Counted from the whole stretch's first letter, positions 1 through 13,099 are shown. The stretch is 59,099 nt of DNA, filler included, from Dimargaris cristalligena (GCA_003614675.1; 4 parts of 4 records of this genome joined end to end with filler, not necessarily neighbours in it), one strand, 5' to 3'. A program made the numbers and translations. The notes: generated by a model from the letters alone, not told the origin.

Positions 1-453
1 ATTTATGACTGATAATTTATTGTCTACATTTCTAAGAATGGTCTGGCTGGACATTTAGTAAAGCCAGGGCTGGGCCTGTAACCATTATAAGTAGTGAGAT
101 TTTATGATTTTAAGCGATGTGCAAAGTCATGGAGTATAGTTAAGTGACATAAAGGGACGAATTACAAATCTGAACTATGGCGGTTATGTCACCACATGAA
201 GGATAATAGCAGCTATATAGTCGAAATATTTTACATTAACTAGATTTGGGGCCAAAAAGGGCGGCCTTGTTAGAATGTTATTGACTATATACAATAACAT
301 CACCTATTTCCCTAGAGTGCAGTCCCTTTTTTTTTATCCATCTCTTTGAAATTGGCCGTGTTTTGTTTTCTTTGCAACCCCCCTTTTTTTTTTGTCAAAT
401 ATCTACACATTCCCAATTGCTAGCTGTTATTGTATATATATACTTTTGCAGTC

Positions 454-1824
454 ATGTCCAGTTTTCAACCAAATCTTCCGACCAAACCTAAGGCGAAGAC
501 CAAAGTACAGCGCTTCTGGCCCGGAAAGGCTCCTGATGCGGCTCTTCTGGAACGTTCCTCGTCGGAAGGGGAGAATGAACCTTTAGACGCGGAACCAGGC
601 GAATGGGCCGTGCAATCGGAATCCGATTCCGAAGATGAAGGCCATGGTGCAGCAGGAGGCCTTCGCCAAACCACTACACATGGTGTTGGGGCGCAACCGG
701 GCTCTCCCCCAATCGTTTCGGCGTTTCGGGGTAAAATAAGCCTACCGACGGCTACTGCGCCCAGCTGGGCGGCTGGTTCAGTGGGCTCCCCCTCGGGTTC
801 GGCCGGTTCGTCCCGGTCGGCTTCCCCGGCCCGGTCATGGTCCCATGGGGAGGAAGACAGCGACTTGGACGATCGGCCCTCGGCTGCCGCTACTACCACC
901 ACTACTACGCCAGGTCGTCAATCGAAATCGAGTTCTGGCCCAGGCGCTTCTACGACCCCCCAAAGTGAATCTGAGGGTGAATCGGTATTACTCAAACCAG
1001 TATTTGTCTCCCGGGCACAGCGGGCCCTACGTGCCCAGGTGCAGCAAAATGTCCAAGTCGTGCCCACTCCCGCTGATGCGCCAAAGGCTTCCCCAACAGC
1101 CGACGACACTAAGGCGATGGAGGAACGTAAGCGGGCCACCCGCCAAATGATCGAGGATGCCATCCGGGCCGAACAACTGGAGGCCCGTGGCACCACCCAG
1201 GATGACCTATTAGAGGCAGCCGATGATACAGATAACCTTGATCCAGCGGCGGAACGGGCCGAATGGGAGGAACGGGAGCGAGCCCGGGGCCTACGTAACC
1301 AACAGGAGGAAGAGGCCCGGGTGGAGGAAATTCGGGAAGCTGGACGGCGCCAGAATCTCACCCCAGCTGAACAGCGTGCAATTGACGCGCTGCGACGGAA
1401 ACAGCAACAGGAACGGGAAATCGAAAAACGGGAGAGTCGACAAGCAGCCGGAAGCGGCCTACCCGGTGCGGGACCCGCGCACCACAAAGGGGCGTTCTTC
1501 AGTGACCAGTTTGGGGATTTGGCACGAGCTTCCAATAGCATCCCACCGGTGGCTACTGCCGCGGCCACCAAATCCGCGGTCGAGGCCCTGCCTGATATCA
1601 TGAAGGTCAAGAATTTTGGCCGCGCCAGTCAAACCAAATGGAAATCCCTCAAGCATGAGGATACAAGTCGTTCCGATGCCTTATGGAACTCCGAACGAAG
1701 CCATCGGAGGCGGCACTCTCGGGAACGGGATCGGGATGAATCCAGCAGAGATCGGCGGTCTTCTCGACGCGAGTATCGCGAAGACCGTTCGGACCGCTCA
1801 GACCGGCGGAGTGACCGCTACTAG
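454..1824 (+). CDS. MFAP1: Microfibrillar-associated protein 1 (spliceosomal B-complex protein, Spp381-like), single exon
   Basis: Motifs KPVFVSRAQR, DDTDNLDPAAERAEWEERERAR, HHKGAFF, LPDIMKVKNFGRASQTKWKSLKHEDTS; N-terminal RFWPGKAP; RS/RD-rich tail; first ATG at 454. Confidence 0.9.
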   Translation: MSSFQPNLPTKPKAKTKVQRFWPGKAPDAALLERSSSEGENEPLDAEPGEWAVQSESDSEDEGHGAAGGLRQTTTHGVGAQPGSPPIVSAFRGKISLPTATAPSWAAGSVGSPSGSAGSSRSASPARSWSHGEEDSDLDDRPSAAATTTTTTPGRQSKSSSGPGASTTPQSESEGESVLLKPVFVSRAQRALRAQVQQNVQVVPTPADAPKASPTADDTKAMEERKRATRQMIEDAIRAEQLEARGTTQDDLLEAADDTDNLDPAAERAEWEERERARGLRNQQEEEARVEEIREAGRRQNLTPAEQRAIDALRRKQQQEREIEKRESRQAAGSGLPGAGPAHHKGAFFSDQFGDLARASNSIPPVATAAATKSAVEALPDIMKVKNFGRASQTKWKSLKHEDTSRSDALWNSERSHRRRHSRERDRDESSRDRRSSRREYREDRSDRSDRRSDRY

Positions 1825-2112
1825 GTCACATAAGCTGCCTGATTGGTATATTACCCGCACCGTCTACGCAACTTTTATGCAACAATAAATTTAGAATACA
1901 TTTCCACAAATTCTATTCATTTCGGTATATACCTGGTGGTTTCAAATGTGATTACAAAGGGGAATAGAAAGGAACGGGATAGAAACGTCTTTTAAAACGA
2001 TTGGTTAGATTTATTCTGGAAACGGCACCACATGTGGAAAATCGGGAGTGGGTTCTACATAATGTGCTCTGTTCCTCATTAAATTATCGGCGTAGGAAAC
2101 TCCAATTGGCAT

Positions 2113-3239
2113 TTAAATGGGTTTGATCTAAGAAAATCGAAAAATAAATGAAATATATAATTGCAAAGTGTTAGTAAGCAGACTCTAATTGAAGCAAGCC
2201 ATACTTGCTATTAGCAGTTGACGCGGATAATACCCCCCTTCTCCCAACCAGCCTTAATGTAAATGCCTATCAATAAACTACAAGGCTTACCTTGAAATGC
2301 GACGATATGAGCGATAACATCAGGCACTTAAGATCCTGGACTAAGTAGTAAAATACTCGTAAACCTTCGGGATCCTCGCTACGTTGTACTTCGGCCAATG
2401 ATGCAATTTTAGAGGTCACAAAGGAGATGTGCTTATCGCCAAGGCGAATTTCAAGTTCTTGTTTACCGTCCGAATTCCGCTGGGGCCACTGTTCGTCATC
2501 CTCCCTGGGATTCCCAACACATGTCGAATAATCACCACAATGTTAAATTAGATGGCATTAGTAACGGAGGGTTTGTGGTAGGTTAAAGGGTAGCTATTAC
2601 AAAGGTTCGCAACCACTAGACAATCACTTATTTGGAGTACTATTATTTTTTAGTAGGGTTCCCATATCCACCCTGTTAACTTACTGTAAAATTTCAGAGT
2701 CCTTGATTATCCGTTTGACTTCACTGATCACGGCCGGCGTTACTTTCACTGGTGTAGATAGGGATGTAGTTGCATAGAGGGTCAAAGTAAACGTAAATGC
2801 AGTTAGTTGCCAGTAAAAGATTATCGACTAGGCGGGCGATAGTAAAGTGGCCAATGAGACGATTCACTGCTCGCATGGCAGCCGGGGCACAACACTGAAT
2901 TCATGGCTTACTCTGTTTGCGAATCATATTTTCATTGCGGTAGTTGGAATTGTTGGCATAGCGGCATATGCCATCCGCATGGAATTCGAACTCGAGAAAT
3001 TCGTGGCCAAAGCGACCGGAATGGCCAGTGCTAGGTGCAGAAAACAGGAAATGTAAGGTAGTCGAGGATGGAAAACGAGTAGAAAGCTGTGAGGTTAGGT
3101 CTTGGTATAGGGTTACTGAATGGTGGAAGCTAGGCGGCAAGTTAACAAGCGGTTGATAGTTCAGAGGGCGAACAGGCTACTGGGTACCTGAACACAGTAC
3201 TTACTAGTAGCGGAGGAAGAAGGGCTCTTCAATGTCCAT
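2113..3239 (-). CDS. MAGO: Mago nashi, exon junction complex core; five exons approx. 3239-3205, 3030-2912, 2748-2685, 2504-2291, 2127-2113
   Basis: Spliced translation [28 protein letters not shown]...[10 protein letters not shown]...[11 protein letters not shown]...EDDEQWP...[10 protein letters not shown]...[32 protein letters not shown]; canonical GTAAG/AG junctions. Confidence 0.96.
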
Positions 3240-3774
3240 GGTAGTAGTATAGGCGGTTGGGATGTGGTAAAGAAAAGGGCAAAGAAGAAGAGTAGGAAAT
3301 AATAGTTGAAATAACGGCAATGGGCCTGTTGAATCGTGAAACAATGAGGGTAAGTTACTAAGGTCAATAGGGAATATTCCTGTGGGTGTTTTTTACCTCT
3401 CCACCCATAAAAAAGCGTTCACTAGTTAACTACAAGGAGTATATCAGACCGGCTTTCATTCCCAATGGGCTTTCTCTCCTCTCCCCTCCTGCAGTCATAG
3501 AATTTGGGTCGATTAGCCTATCTTAACAGCACAGTCTGTACTCCTGCTTATCCAAGGCATTTTTGGATTCAGGCCTACTCTAGGTGAGGCTTTTCTCTAA
3601 ATATTTACACATATGGAACCATTAACCTAGCATTAACAATATATCCAGCAGTAACATCTACACACCACTCCACATTAGCCACTAGTACAAGTAGGCACAT
3701 TCATATCTATACGAATACATCAGCAAATAGTAGTTACTGGCATAGTCTTAAAAATCCTTGTATTGTGTTGTTGT

Positions 3775-4395
3775 TTAGGCTCGTTTGGGGAACAACCGGA
3801 TCACCAAATACATTAAAATAAAGACCAGGCAGACCAGCAGGACCATCAGCCAGGTCATCCACGTAGTGCCCCACGACTTACGAGTATAGGTCCCCAGCCG
3901 ACCACCCTGTTGCTGGAGGCGGTTTTGATTCGTACCCATGACTTCTTGGGCCTCTTGAAGGGCCTGGTTGGCAAATGACGGGGGTAGCGGCAATTCGATG
4001 ATAAAACGGTGATATGGTTAGAGAAAAGGCCAGCATTGGGTTCGGGATATATTAATAACACATATCCAAGTGAATGGGGGGGGGGGATGACCTCCCGGAT
4101 TGGAATGGGCGGTCCCCGGCGTGGCCGAAATTGCTCGTTAGGGCTACACTACGCCGGCAAAACCATCCCCCTTTCAACTCCAGGGTACTTCGTCTCGACC
4201 TACCTTTTCGTCCTGTGTCAGAATATCCTTGAAAGCGAGACTGTTTCCCTTGAGGGCCTGGGCCATCCGCACCAGGTCATCGGTTAATTCATCCTGCACC
4301 TGGCGGTGATGGGCCACGAGACGTTCGACGTCCTTTTCGTCGGGGTCGTCTGGGGCATACTTGCGTTGGCGGAAAGTCGAGTTACTTTCCCGCAT
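3775..4395 (-). CDS. USE1: USE1-like ER Qc-SNARE, 126 aa; exons 4395-4204 and 3963-3775
   Basis: HHRQVQDELTDDLVRMAQALKGNSLAFKDILTQDEK SNARE heptads and C-terminal TM helix WLMVLLVCLVFILMYLVIRLFPK; phase-0 GTAGGT...CAG intron. Confidence 0.8.
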
Positions 4396-4901
4396 TGTGA
4401 GGGCAGGTGGGTTGTATTACGGTGAAGTAGAGGCGAATGGGCGGGTGGGGGGGGGGGGATGTGCTTGACAGTACCCGGTATGGCTTTATGCGATTTGCCT
4501 AAGGGTTCCAGGAAGGGTCGTTATAAAGGAAAAGCGAGGGCTGGACTCTGTCGTGGTGAAACCGGAAGTAAACTAGCTAAAAAGAAGGCGGAAAAAGAGC
4601 ACACATAAACATAGCCCATGAGGTAGCCCCCCCACGTTGGGCTTGGGTTGTATTTCTTAGAAAGTCCGCCAAGCTTGGTGAACGGCCTGCCACAGCTACA
4701 CCATTCTCCCAGTGCCAGTGCCTTTACTGCTGACTCGCTTGACTATCCTATTGTAGGTCGTCGTCATGCTCTACCCCTTCACCACCAACTTCTCATGAAT
4801 TCAATCTACTCCTTTGCCTTGCTCAGCATCTGTTTCACTATTATAAACCCCCTTCTTCTGTCCATCCTTGCTCTATATTCACTTCCCTCGTCTGTTTAAC
4901 C

Positions 4902-6762
4902 ATGATTCTCTTGGAACCCAGCAGCTACATCTTGGAAGAGTCCCTTCTCCAGCGCTTCACCAGGTATGTTGTTCATCCCACTCTGTAGGCCCTGCGCAAA
5001 TGACCAAACTATCTCACTTTGGAGAGTGGGCCACAGTAGGCACCCCCTCTCGCCCACTCATTATGGAACCCCGTCACTCACCACCCACTGCCCAGTGGCA
5101 TGCCGCGCTTACTATTACTCTACTTTACTATTTGGCAGCGAAAAGAAGGAAGCTGTCGATATCCAGCTGGTGGACTTCGATGGCGTCCGGTACCACCTCA
5201 GCACCCCTACTAGCCGAACCGAACTGCTACTCTCGATGGCCGTTCCCTGTTTTGAGGAGCTGGTGAGCCACGGCGCCCAGGATATCATCCAGAAAGAGTA
5301 CAGCGCCCACTTGGCCCCCGAGGTAGAGCAGGGCTACAACGTGTCCCTGAAGTTCGATTTGGAGAACGTCCCTGACGATAGTGGTAAGTACCGTTGAGCT
5401 AGGGTATCGATCAGATATGATGGGCCCTAAGAGATCGAATAATATTACAAATACTATTGAACCACCATCTTACCCATCCGCTGATAGTGCTATACTATCG
5501 TCTTCGGCCCTCATGCCACCAGGCGCTACCCAATTATTGGTGTTTGTCCATCTGATTTTACGTACCAATACCCTCCCTGTCTCACCCCCTGTATCCTATC
5601 AACAGCCGCTCTGGCCAAGCGCATCGGTCTACTGAAACGCAATGTGTTTGCCGCCCCGTATGAAAAGGCGTTCAAGGAATGGGAAACCGAGCTCCAAGAG
5701 CCAGGGTCACTGATGACTATCCACTACCGCGAGGAGGAAGCCATCTACATCCGGGCCAGCGAGGACCGGGTCACTGTCATCTTCAGCACTCTTTTCAAGG
5801 AAGAGATGGATCGTATTTTTGGTCGAGTGTTCCTCCAGGTATGATCCGTTGCTTTTTATTAGGACCCATTGTCAGATCGGACATCTGCATCTCAGGAAGT
5901 AGTGGCCAATTATTATTCCTAACTCGTAATATGTCAACGGAATTACCAATACCAGCCGACTAACACCATTATTATTAACATACCTGTCTTGGTGCCAACC
6001 CCTCTGAAATGCTTTTAGGAATTTGTCGATGCCCGTCGCCTGGCGTCTATTCAGAATGCCCCGCAGGTTCTATACTCCAACCGGGAGCCCCCACTTGAGA
6101 TTCGCCACTTGCCCAACCTGAAAGACGACGAAAGCGTAGGCTATGTCACCTTTGGTAAGTGATCCCCTTATTTACTCATAACTTATACTTCCCGCTTTTC
6201 TACCGTCTCAGCTGAATACTCTCCCTGTACCACGGGCTCAGACGAAGTATTGATGCTTATGCTTCACTATCCTTTACATGACTACCAAACATGTTACCCG
6301 ATCCGCCACAACTGAACAGTCCTCTTTCCTCGTCATTTCGAACACCCCGAAGTGCGTGAAAAGACCATCTCCGACATCCAGCTTTTCCGCGACTACCTGC
6401 ACTACCATATCAAGTGCTCCAAGGCTTACATGCACTCCCGCATGCGGGCCCGTGTGCAGGACTTTTTGAAGGTGCTGAACCGCGCCAAGCCCGAACGGAC
6501 CACCTCCAACGAAAAGAAACTGGCTAGGTAAGCACTTCAACCGGCTGGGTTCCATGGAATCCTCTCGCTTTAACTCTGAACTTGCCCAATATCCACCCAC
6601 CCCCTACCCACCACTCTTCGCCAAGCATCTTGCCCCCCGTATTAGGATTGCCACTAACCCCATAGAGTCTTGCATTTTATTTATTTATATTTACATTGAC
6701 TAATATCCCATAGCGGCCGCTCATTCCGACCCAGTCCCATTTCATCCCGCCCGACCGTTTAG
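4902..6762 (+). CDS. ARPC2: Arp2/3 complex subunit 2 (p34/Arc35); exons 4902-4963, 5139-5383, 5606-5838, 6019-6154, 6320-6527, 6714-6762
   Basis: MILLEPSS..., [23 protein letters not shown]...[19 protein letters not shown]...[31 protein letters not shown]; all junctions GT-AG and in frame. Confidence 0.97.
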
Positions 6763-7829
6763 TCTACACAGGCTCGAGATGTGCTTATCGGTTGGTTACT
6801 CAAGCGGCTTGTGCAGGTTATGACTACTCACCAACCAATCTATACACCCAGCTATTTACAAGACCTCCAGTCGATGCTCGATATTGAATTACATAATACA
6901 ATTATATACTACCCAAACTGCATCTTAAGGAGGATGTATTGCACCGCCGCTTTGTTTGAGTAGCCTTCTTAGCCATTAAATAATAATACTCCTATGCGAT
7001 GCTACCTGTAGATCAAATGCGAAATGGTGTTGGATAGTTATATTGATTGATATTTATATAGTCTTTGGGGTAGTGGGTTAATGTGGGGAGTTCGGGAAGG
7101 ACAGGGGCATGGAGGACGGAAGGGTTTCCTGCCATCGATAACGTTGGGTAGGTAAAATATATGATAATAGGTATGTTCGGAATGACACTAAAACCCAGGT
7201 AAAACTCGGAAACACTAATACGCGGATAGAGCTCTGATGACTCTGGGATGGCACTAAAATGGTCCTCGAAAGAGAAACTCGTTTTCCTGGAGACGTTCGC
7301 ATAATATAGCTTATTATATTCATGAATCAGAAATACCGACGTTATTTTTACAGCGCCAGCCAGCACAAGGCGAATAGTATAAATTTGTAGCAATTTAGCA
7401 ATAGGGACCGAATGTTAAGGTATAGAGAATTTGATGCCGAATTGCCGCAGCGCTAAGAATCATGAAATGGACGGAACCGACGAGGTTCTGACGTCAATTT
7501 AGAAGACGAATAACTGGGACATACCAGTAACGACCAGGGCGGGTCAATGTCTAATCCAGTTGGGCATGCACACTGCGGACCGTACCTGAGTTTCCAATTA
7601 AAAATGTGGGCCAAAATGGTAAAGATGTTTCAACTGCCCTAGTTTCCATTACTAGTTTGGCTATACATTAACCGAGTCCCAGCCACCATACTGACAATAG
7701 CTACTATAGACCATTACATTATTACTACTGAAGAGTGGTATGCCGGCGCAAAGAGGTCTTGCTCCAGAGATTTGCATTTGGGAACCCACTAAACAGCCGA
7801 CCATGCAGCTGCCTGTTAAATGACAGAGT

Positions 7830-8900
7830 ATGTCATCAAGATCATGACAGAATCATGATGTTAGCCCTCACCCCATATAAGCCTTCGCCGCCGCTCACAC
7901 CTTTCATGACCCCAGAGGTGTAATTTAATTGATGTCTAACTCCTGGGCATTGGTTCTGGGGCGATATCATTAAACGTGCTGGACGACACTAACTCCCTTT
8001 CAGGATTTTCCCTACACCATCTACCAGCGCGTGTGGCGGACTTGGAGTCACATTCCACAGCATGTATTTGGGCTAGGCCATTGTGCTAGTAATCTGGCCG
8101 CTGCTGCCTGGATAGCGCATTCGCGCTGGTCGGGTCAGGTGACCATTGGGTGCTTTAATGGCTGGTCTATTCCAGTAGTTGCAGAATACTCGCGGGTGCT
8201 TGCCACGGGGTGTTGTCTGTGATAAATTGCCTTCCGCCTGGACTGCCGTCCAATCCTGCCACCCGTGGTATACCCCTCCTGTCGCTCTTTCCACCACCTG
8301 GTACAACCCCTTTCTCCTCTCCATTTATTGCCCAAAGTTCGCTGGTTTTTGCTTCACCGTTACTAATATCTCCTCTTCGAATTTCTTTCTTATATCGCTC
8401 ACATTCGCCGTTTCCAGTGCCCTCCCCCGCCGGGTCTTCACTCTACTTTCCGTGGCCTGAGCTAGGTCCCATTCCGCTACCCTTGTTGGCCCGTCCTTGT
8501 CGCCCGTGTGCCACAGCCACTGTGCTTCGTCCGCTATAGCCAGCGCTCCTTGAAGTGCAACCCATAGTGTGAGCCCAGTGTCCGGGTCCGAGAGCACAGT
8601 GTGCACCTTCGTAATTTGGGGTAAGTACTTCACCCACCCGGCCTGGGGCCTGTTGTCACTCGCCAACCCCGATGTAACCCATGTGGCCTACATCGACGTA
8701 CACATGTTTACCCGGCTGCCACCTCTCCGTGGTTGTTATATTGGGTGGCCGATTCTCGTGTGGGCAAATGCGTGTAAGTGGTCACATTCCGGAGATCTTC
8801 AACACGATAATCAGTGATATCCCACTTTTCTCCTTGCGACCACCGGTCTCCGAGTATATCGACGTACTCAGTACCCTAGGAATAGCCCGCGGCTTATTTG
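7830..8900 (-). mobile_element. Degenerate Ty3/Gypsy integrase fragment with polypurine tract and start of 3' LTR (LTR begins at 7988 on minus; left end uncertain)
   Basis: Minus-strand PGKHVYVDVGHM, WVKYLPQI...TGLT, KFEEEILVTVK...RKGLYQVVER (GPY/F-like) with stops and deletions; GAAAGGGAGTTAG immediately followed by TGTCGTCC. Confidence 0.6.
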
Positions 8901-9452
8901 TCACCACCTAGTGAAGCCCCCGGCATGGTAACACCCTCTTCACCGCCACTAACGCCTGCTCTTAGCCCAGTGGAACCCAAAATTGGCATTGCCCAAAAGG
9001 AGGTTCACGGGCTCCAAGGTATCCCAGCTGAGACATTCGCATTGGCTGACCCCTTGGTTGATGAGAAATTTATAAAAGCTGACACTCCATATCTGTCCCT
9101 AACCGGTATATCATACTGACATTACCCCTAAGGGGTTGTATATTTCAAATCCTAATGCCTCTTAAATCCGACGATGGCACTTGCTTATAGATTATATGGT
9201 GTCGAATTGCGCGCGAACAAACTCAACTGGGTCAAACAGACCGCAAAGAAAATCGGGGTCCGCATTTGCGCCATTATACCTGCCAATTCTGGCGATTGAA
9301 TTATTGTTGGGGAGGCTGGTAAGGTTATCGAAACACTTAGTGCTGTACAGGTAGATCTCGATCAGTATAAAGTGTCGGATAGTTTTATGAGACTCGTGAC
9401 ACATATCGGCCGACTGATCGTGTTCTACATCATAAAGGGTAATCAGTTATAA

Positions 9453-10001
9453 ATGGGGTACGATCCATCCCGAATTAGACGGTGTTACGACGAGTTACTG
9501 CACGGGTATGAGTCGGCCGTGGAAAATACGTGGCGCGATATTCTTTACCAATGCTTTGGTGATTCCTTTGACATCAAACACCAGTCCAGATTTGTATACA
9601 GAGATACTCGCAACGACCGAATAAGAACAGCTGAGCCTGATCTTATCGTAGTGAAACACGACAGAACGCCGGTGTTTGTCATGGAATGTAAACCATCTGG
9701 TGGTAACCTGGTTAATACCGAGAAACAATTGAAGAAATGCCTACGCATTGCTAAGTGCACTAGTGGGGCGGTGGCGATTGGGACAGACATGTATCTATAC
9801 AGCCTCGATTCTAAAAACAATACGCTAAGTCATTTAGACTCGTGCTCTATCACCAGTAGGTATTTACCGTCTCTGACCAGCCAATTTATCGACGGATACA
9901 CGTTCAAGGATCTGGATTCTGATATAGAAGTAGAAGAAGAGGATGCTTGTGAATCTCCTAACACTATTTATCTCGACGGCCAATCACTGCCGGGGCATTA
10001 A
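9453..10001 (+). CDS. PD-(D/E)xK restriction-endonuclease-like fold protein, 182 aa, intronless
   Basis: E in N-terminal helix (YESAVENTW), PD (EPDLIVV), ExK (VFVMECKP), then QL helix and GAVAIG strand; acidic tail. Confidence 0.7.
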   Translation: MGYDPSRIRRCYDELLHGYESAVENTWRDILYQCFGDSFDIKHQSRFVYRDTRNDRIRTAEPDLIVVKHDRTPVFVMECKPSGGNLVNTEKQLKKCLRIAKCTSGAVAIGTDMYLYSLDSKNNTLSHLDSCSITSRYLPSLTSQFIDGYTFKDLDSDIEVEEEDACESPNTIYLDGQSLPGH

Positions 10002-10603
10002 GAATGCGTTTACACTGACACTGAGGTGTCGTGCAGCGACTATTTCGATAGTACATACATGCCATTAAGCCAGGACTCGGCGTCCAGTTTACCTATTCGG
10101 GGTGGTTTTGAAACTACGATAGCGCTGTAGTAAACGTTTGGTGAACACTGTTACCTTTAGTTCGAGGGGGACTGCTGTAGTACAATGAACACGTCGGCCA
10201 TCAGCTTTTACTACCCGGCTATTTATTCACCCGGTGATTCCATTATGAATACAATGATTATTGATGTTTGCAACCCTTATGCCCGATTTCTATTGATATG
10301 ATGAGTTTAATGAGAATATTTCTATGTCTTTCGGGAAGTCAACACCCGATTTATTATTTGATATTCATGACAACGACCATGTACTATGCCATTTTTTTGC
10401 CAATATTCTGAATTGTATAATTATATTCTGGAATATTTATAACGATTGCTTTACGGCCTCAGTTCAGGAAGCCCTCTTCCTCCCAAGAAAGTGCTATTTT
10501 TACTCATAAATTTCCTTATCTTTCATGACTATGATTCCATTTCATTAATTATTTGTAAATAAATATCTTTTTCATTAAACTAGATATTTTTCTACTAGTA
10601 TAT

Positions 10604-11187
10604 TATCACCCAGGTTGACCACTCTTAGTCCATTAAGAGTCCCAAGGATAGGCTTCTAATGGTGAATGGGGCTTAGACCCAGCCAAGTAGGTCTTAGTAT
10701 TAGAATGGGGGCATGTTACTAACTAATAAAGGTTACTAAATTCAGGTACATGCAAAGGTTGTGCAGTAGGTATACTTATTAGTCAGTATAATGGGAGTAG
10801 GTGTATATAATATTTATTGGGATAAACTAGGGGTCAGAATAAGCTAAGGAATCAAACCAGTCCTAATGGGGGCTGGTTATATATATGTAAGTAACAATTC
10901 CAAAGGGAGGTCCCCAGAGGAAGATGCCACTAAAACTAATAGTATGATAAATAGCCAACTGGATGGCTGTGAGGACCTAGAAGACTCCATTGGGAACTGG
11001 TAGAGTCTTTAGATCAGCCCAGGAGTGATTAGTGTGAACTATGGGGTCTAGAAGGGGAACAGTTATGTGATATATGATGATCCCATAGTACTGGGGGTGA
11101 CCATGGGAAGGTTAATATGGTACTATATGGCCTAATAAGGCTGGATAATTATTATGTATAGATTAAGTCAGATTAGGAGGGCCAATA
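10604..11187 (-). repeat. LTR family A copy 1 (3' LTR of the adjacent Gypsy relic)
   Basis: Minus strand begins TATTGGCCCTCCTAATCT after PPT AGGGAGAGAGTGA and ends ACCTGGGTGATA; homologous to copies at 14034, 37971 and 38715. Confidence 0.85.
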
Positions 11188-12447
11188 TCACTCTCTCCTA
11201 CTGTAGCCTTGTCCTTAAGGCCTTTGATAAATGTAATAATCTGGTTGCCAGATACTCATTCTTATTGAAGGAGTTTATTGTGAACCACAGGGGTGATGGT
11301 ATATGTATTGCCACTATGGATTCCTTTAATTAAGATGGGGCCCTTGAAGGGAGTTTGTAAGGACAGGGGCCTATGGGGGACTTAGACTAAGACACTGTCT
11401 TTGATATGGTACTATGTGGGGTCCATGGGTTTAGGGCCCGGCTTATGGCAGACTCACTGGTAAGCCTTGCTGAGATAGCTGTAGAGTTTGTCAATGTAGG
11501 TGGAGCCAGTGGAGGCCTGGAGGGTGCCAGATTCAGCATTTAGGGTAACATCTACAGGTATGCAAGGGTCTTAGCTATACATTAAGTAGAATAGCTTATT
11601 AGTAATAACATGGACATGGGCTGTGTGGTAGGCTAATAAGTAGAGGACTAGGTGTTAGTCCTATTGTAGATTATCCCTGGAAGAGTGTTTTTCAATGATA
11701 AATTTGAGTATACCATTGAGTCATTCTATAGCTCCATTACTCTGGGGATGGTATGGGACTTCTATTTGATGGTCTACCCCCAAGATGTGCTGTGTTTGCC
11801 AGAGTATACTTGTAGTGAATTGTTTACCACAATCAGAGATAAGGATCTAGGAGCAGCTGTAGATGCTGATCACATCTTTGATGAGGAACTGAATAATAGC
11901 TTAGGCCATAATGTTTGGGACAGTGTGAGAAAAAGGCCAGCAGGTGAAATAGTTAACAGTAACTAAGATGAACTTATTGCTATTCTGGGTGGTGTTAAAT
12001 GGGTCAATTATGTTAATGCCTAAGTAGTCTAATGGCCTGGTGAGGGGGGTTACCAACTGTGTGGGAGGTTGGGGGGCATATTAGTAGCATTGGAAGGTCT
12101 CACAACCTTGCATATATTTCTCTATATCCTTGTCCATAGAGGCCTAGTACACAGTCTGGCAGAGTTGGTGTAGGACTGTCTTGGTGTCTAGGTGGCCAGT
12201 GCCAGGTCTGCTATAGGTGGCATTAATGGCCACTACTTAGTGAGATTTAGGCAGAACAAGGTAGTTCTGCCTACCAGGGCCCTATTGATATAACAGTTGG
12301 TCCACCAGCATAAAGGTCTAGTTCTTTCCACAGAATTTTTAGAACATTCTGTCCTCCATGTAGTTGTGTAGGTGTTTTATGTTAGGGTCTGCCTACTGAT
12401 CCTGGAGCATCTGGGTTGGGGGGACAGTATCACAGTATGTTTGTATC
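11188..12447 (-). mobile_element. Ty3/Gypsy integrase pseudogene, hypermutated
   Basis: Minus-strand HLDTKTVLHQLCQTVY*ASMDKDIEKYMQGCETFQC (HHCC region), ISDCGKQF, HPQSNGAIE*LNGIL, PFKGP; stops arise from CGA>TGA and TGG>TAG. Confidence 0.88.
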
Positions 12448-13099
12448 AAGTCACTAAAATAAACAAAAACAAAATAATATTAAAAGGGCAGGGTGGCTTC
12501 TCCAGGTGAACTGGTTTATCACTCAAATGAAAAATATATATAAATAATACCAACTATATAAAGTTTTTAACTAAAGTAATCTAATATAATAATTACTTGT
12601 TTAGAAGCTCAAAAGGTCTACCCTTAGTAACCACAACTTGAAGTATAAAATCCCAATAACTAGAGTAATAATAAAGATATTTTTATTATTAAAGAAAAGA
12701 TATATAAAAAATTAACACAAAGAAATTGACACACAAAAGAAAAGAGGGGGAAAAGTTATCCCTTACATGTAAAAATATGTATACTAATGCATATACCAAT
12801 CACTCTCATGAATGTACCAATCACTTGCATGCATTGCCCAATTGACTGCATTGATAGTGCATATTTAATCCAAAGGAATGCTAAGGTTTTTGGATCTATA
12901 GCTAAGAGTGCTAAGCCATTCTCTATATGGGGCAGAGAATTATTAAAACTAATAAAATAAAAGTAAGCCTACATAACTAATAAAAAGTAAATAATAAATT
13001 CATATAGTAAAACTAATAAAAAGAAGGGAGAGAATAAAATCAAATAACCACTAGTAATCAAGCATGAATATGCATATCCAATAATAGGGTTAGTATCCA

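Noticed and set aside
465-1610. Long antisense and alternative-frame ORFs over MFAP1 (likewise over BRAP, 19255-20727, RPL12 and HIS7)
   Set aside because: Expected shadows of GC-rich, codon-biased coding sequence; no independent motifs
454-3239. MFAP1 and mago nashi adjacent as a splicing gene cluster
   Set aside because: Two convergent genes in a gene-dense region; no evidence beyond chance
4561-4570. ETS-like CCGGAAGT in the USE1/ARPC2 divergent promoter (similar at 18072 and 24212)
   Set aside because: Short motif, few occurrences, one not in an obvious promoter; cannot be distinguished from chance
11685-11966. 93-aa plus-strand ORF in the TE block
   Set aside because: Antisense to the degenerate Gypsy integrase
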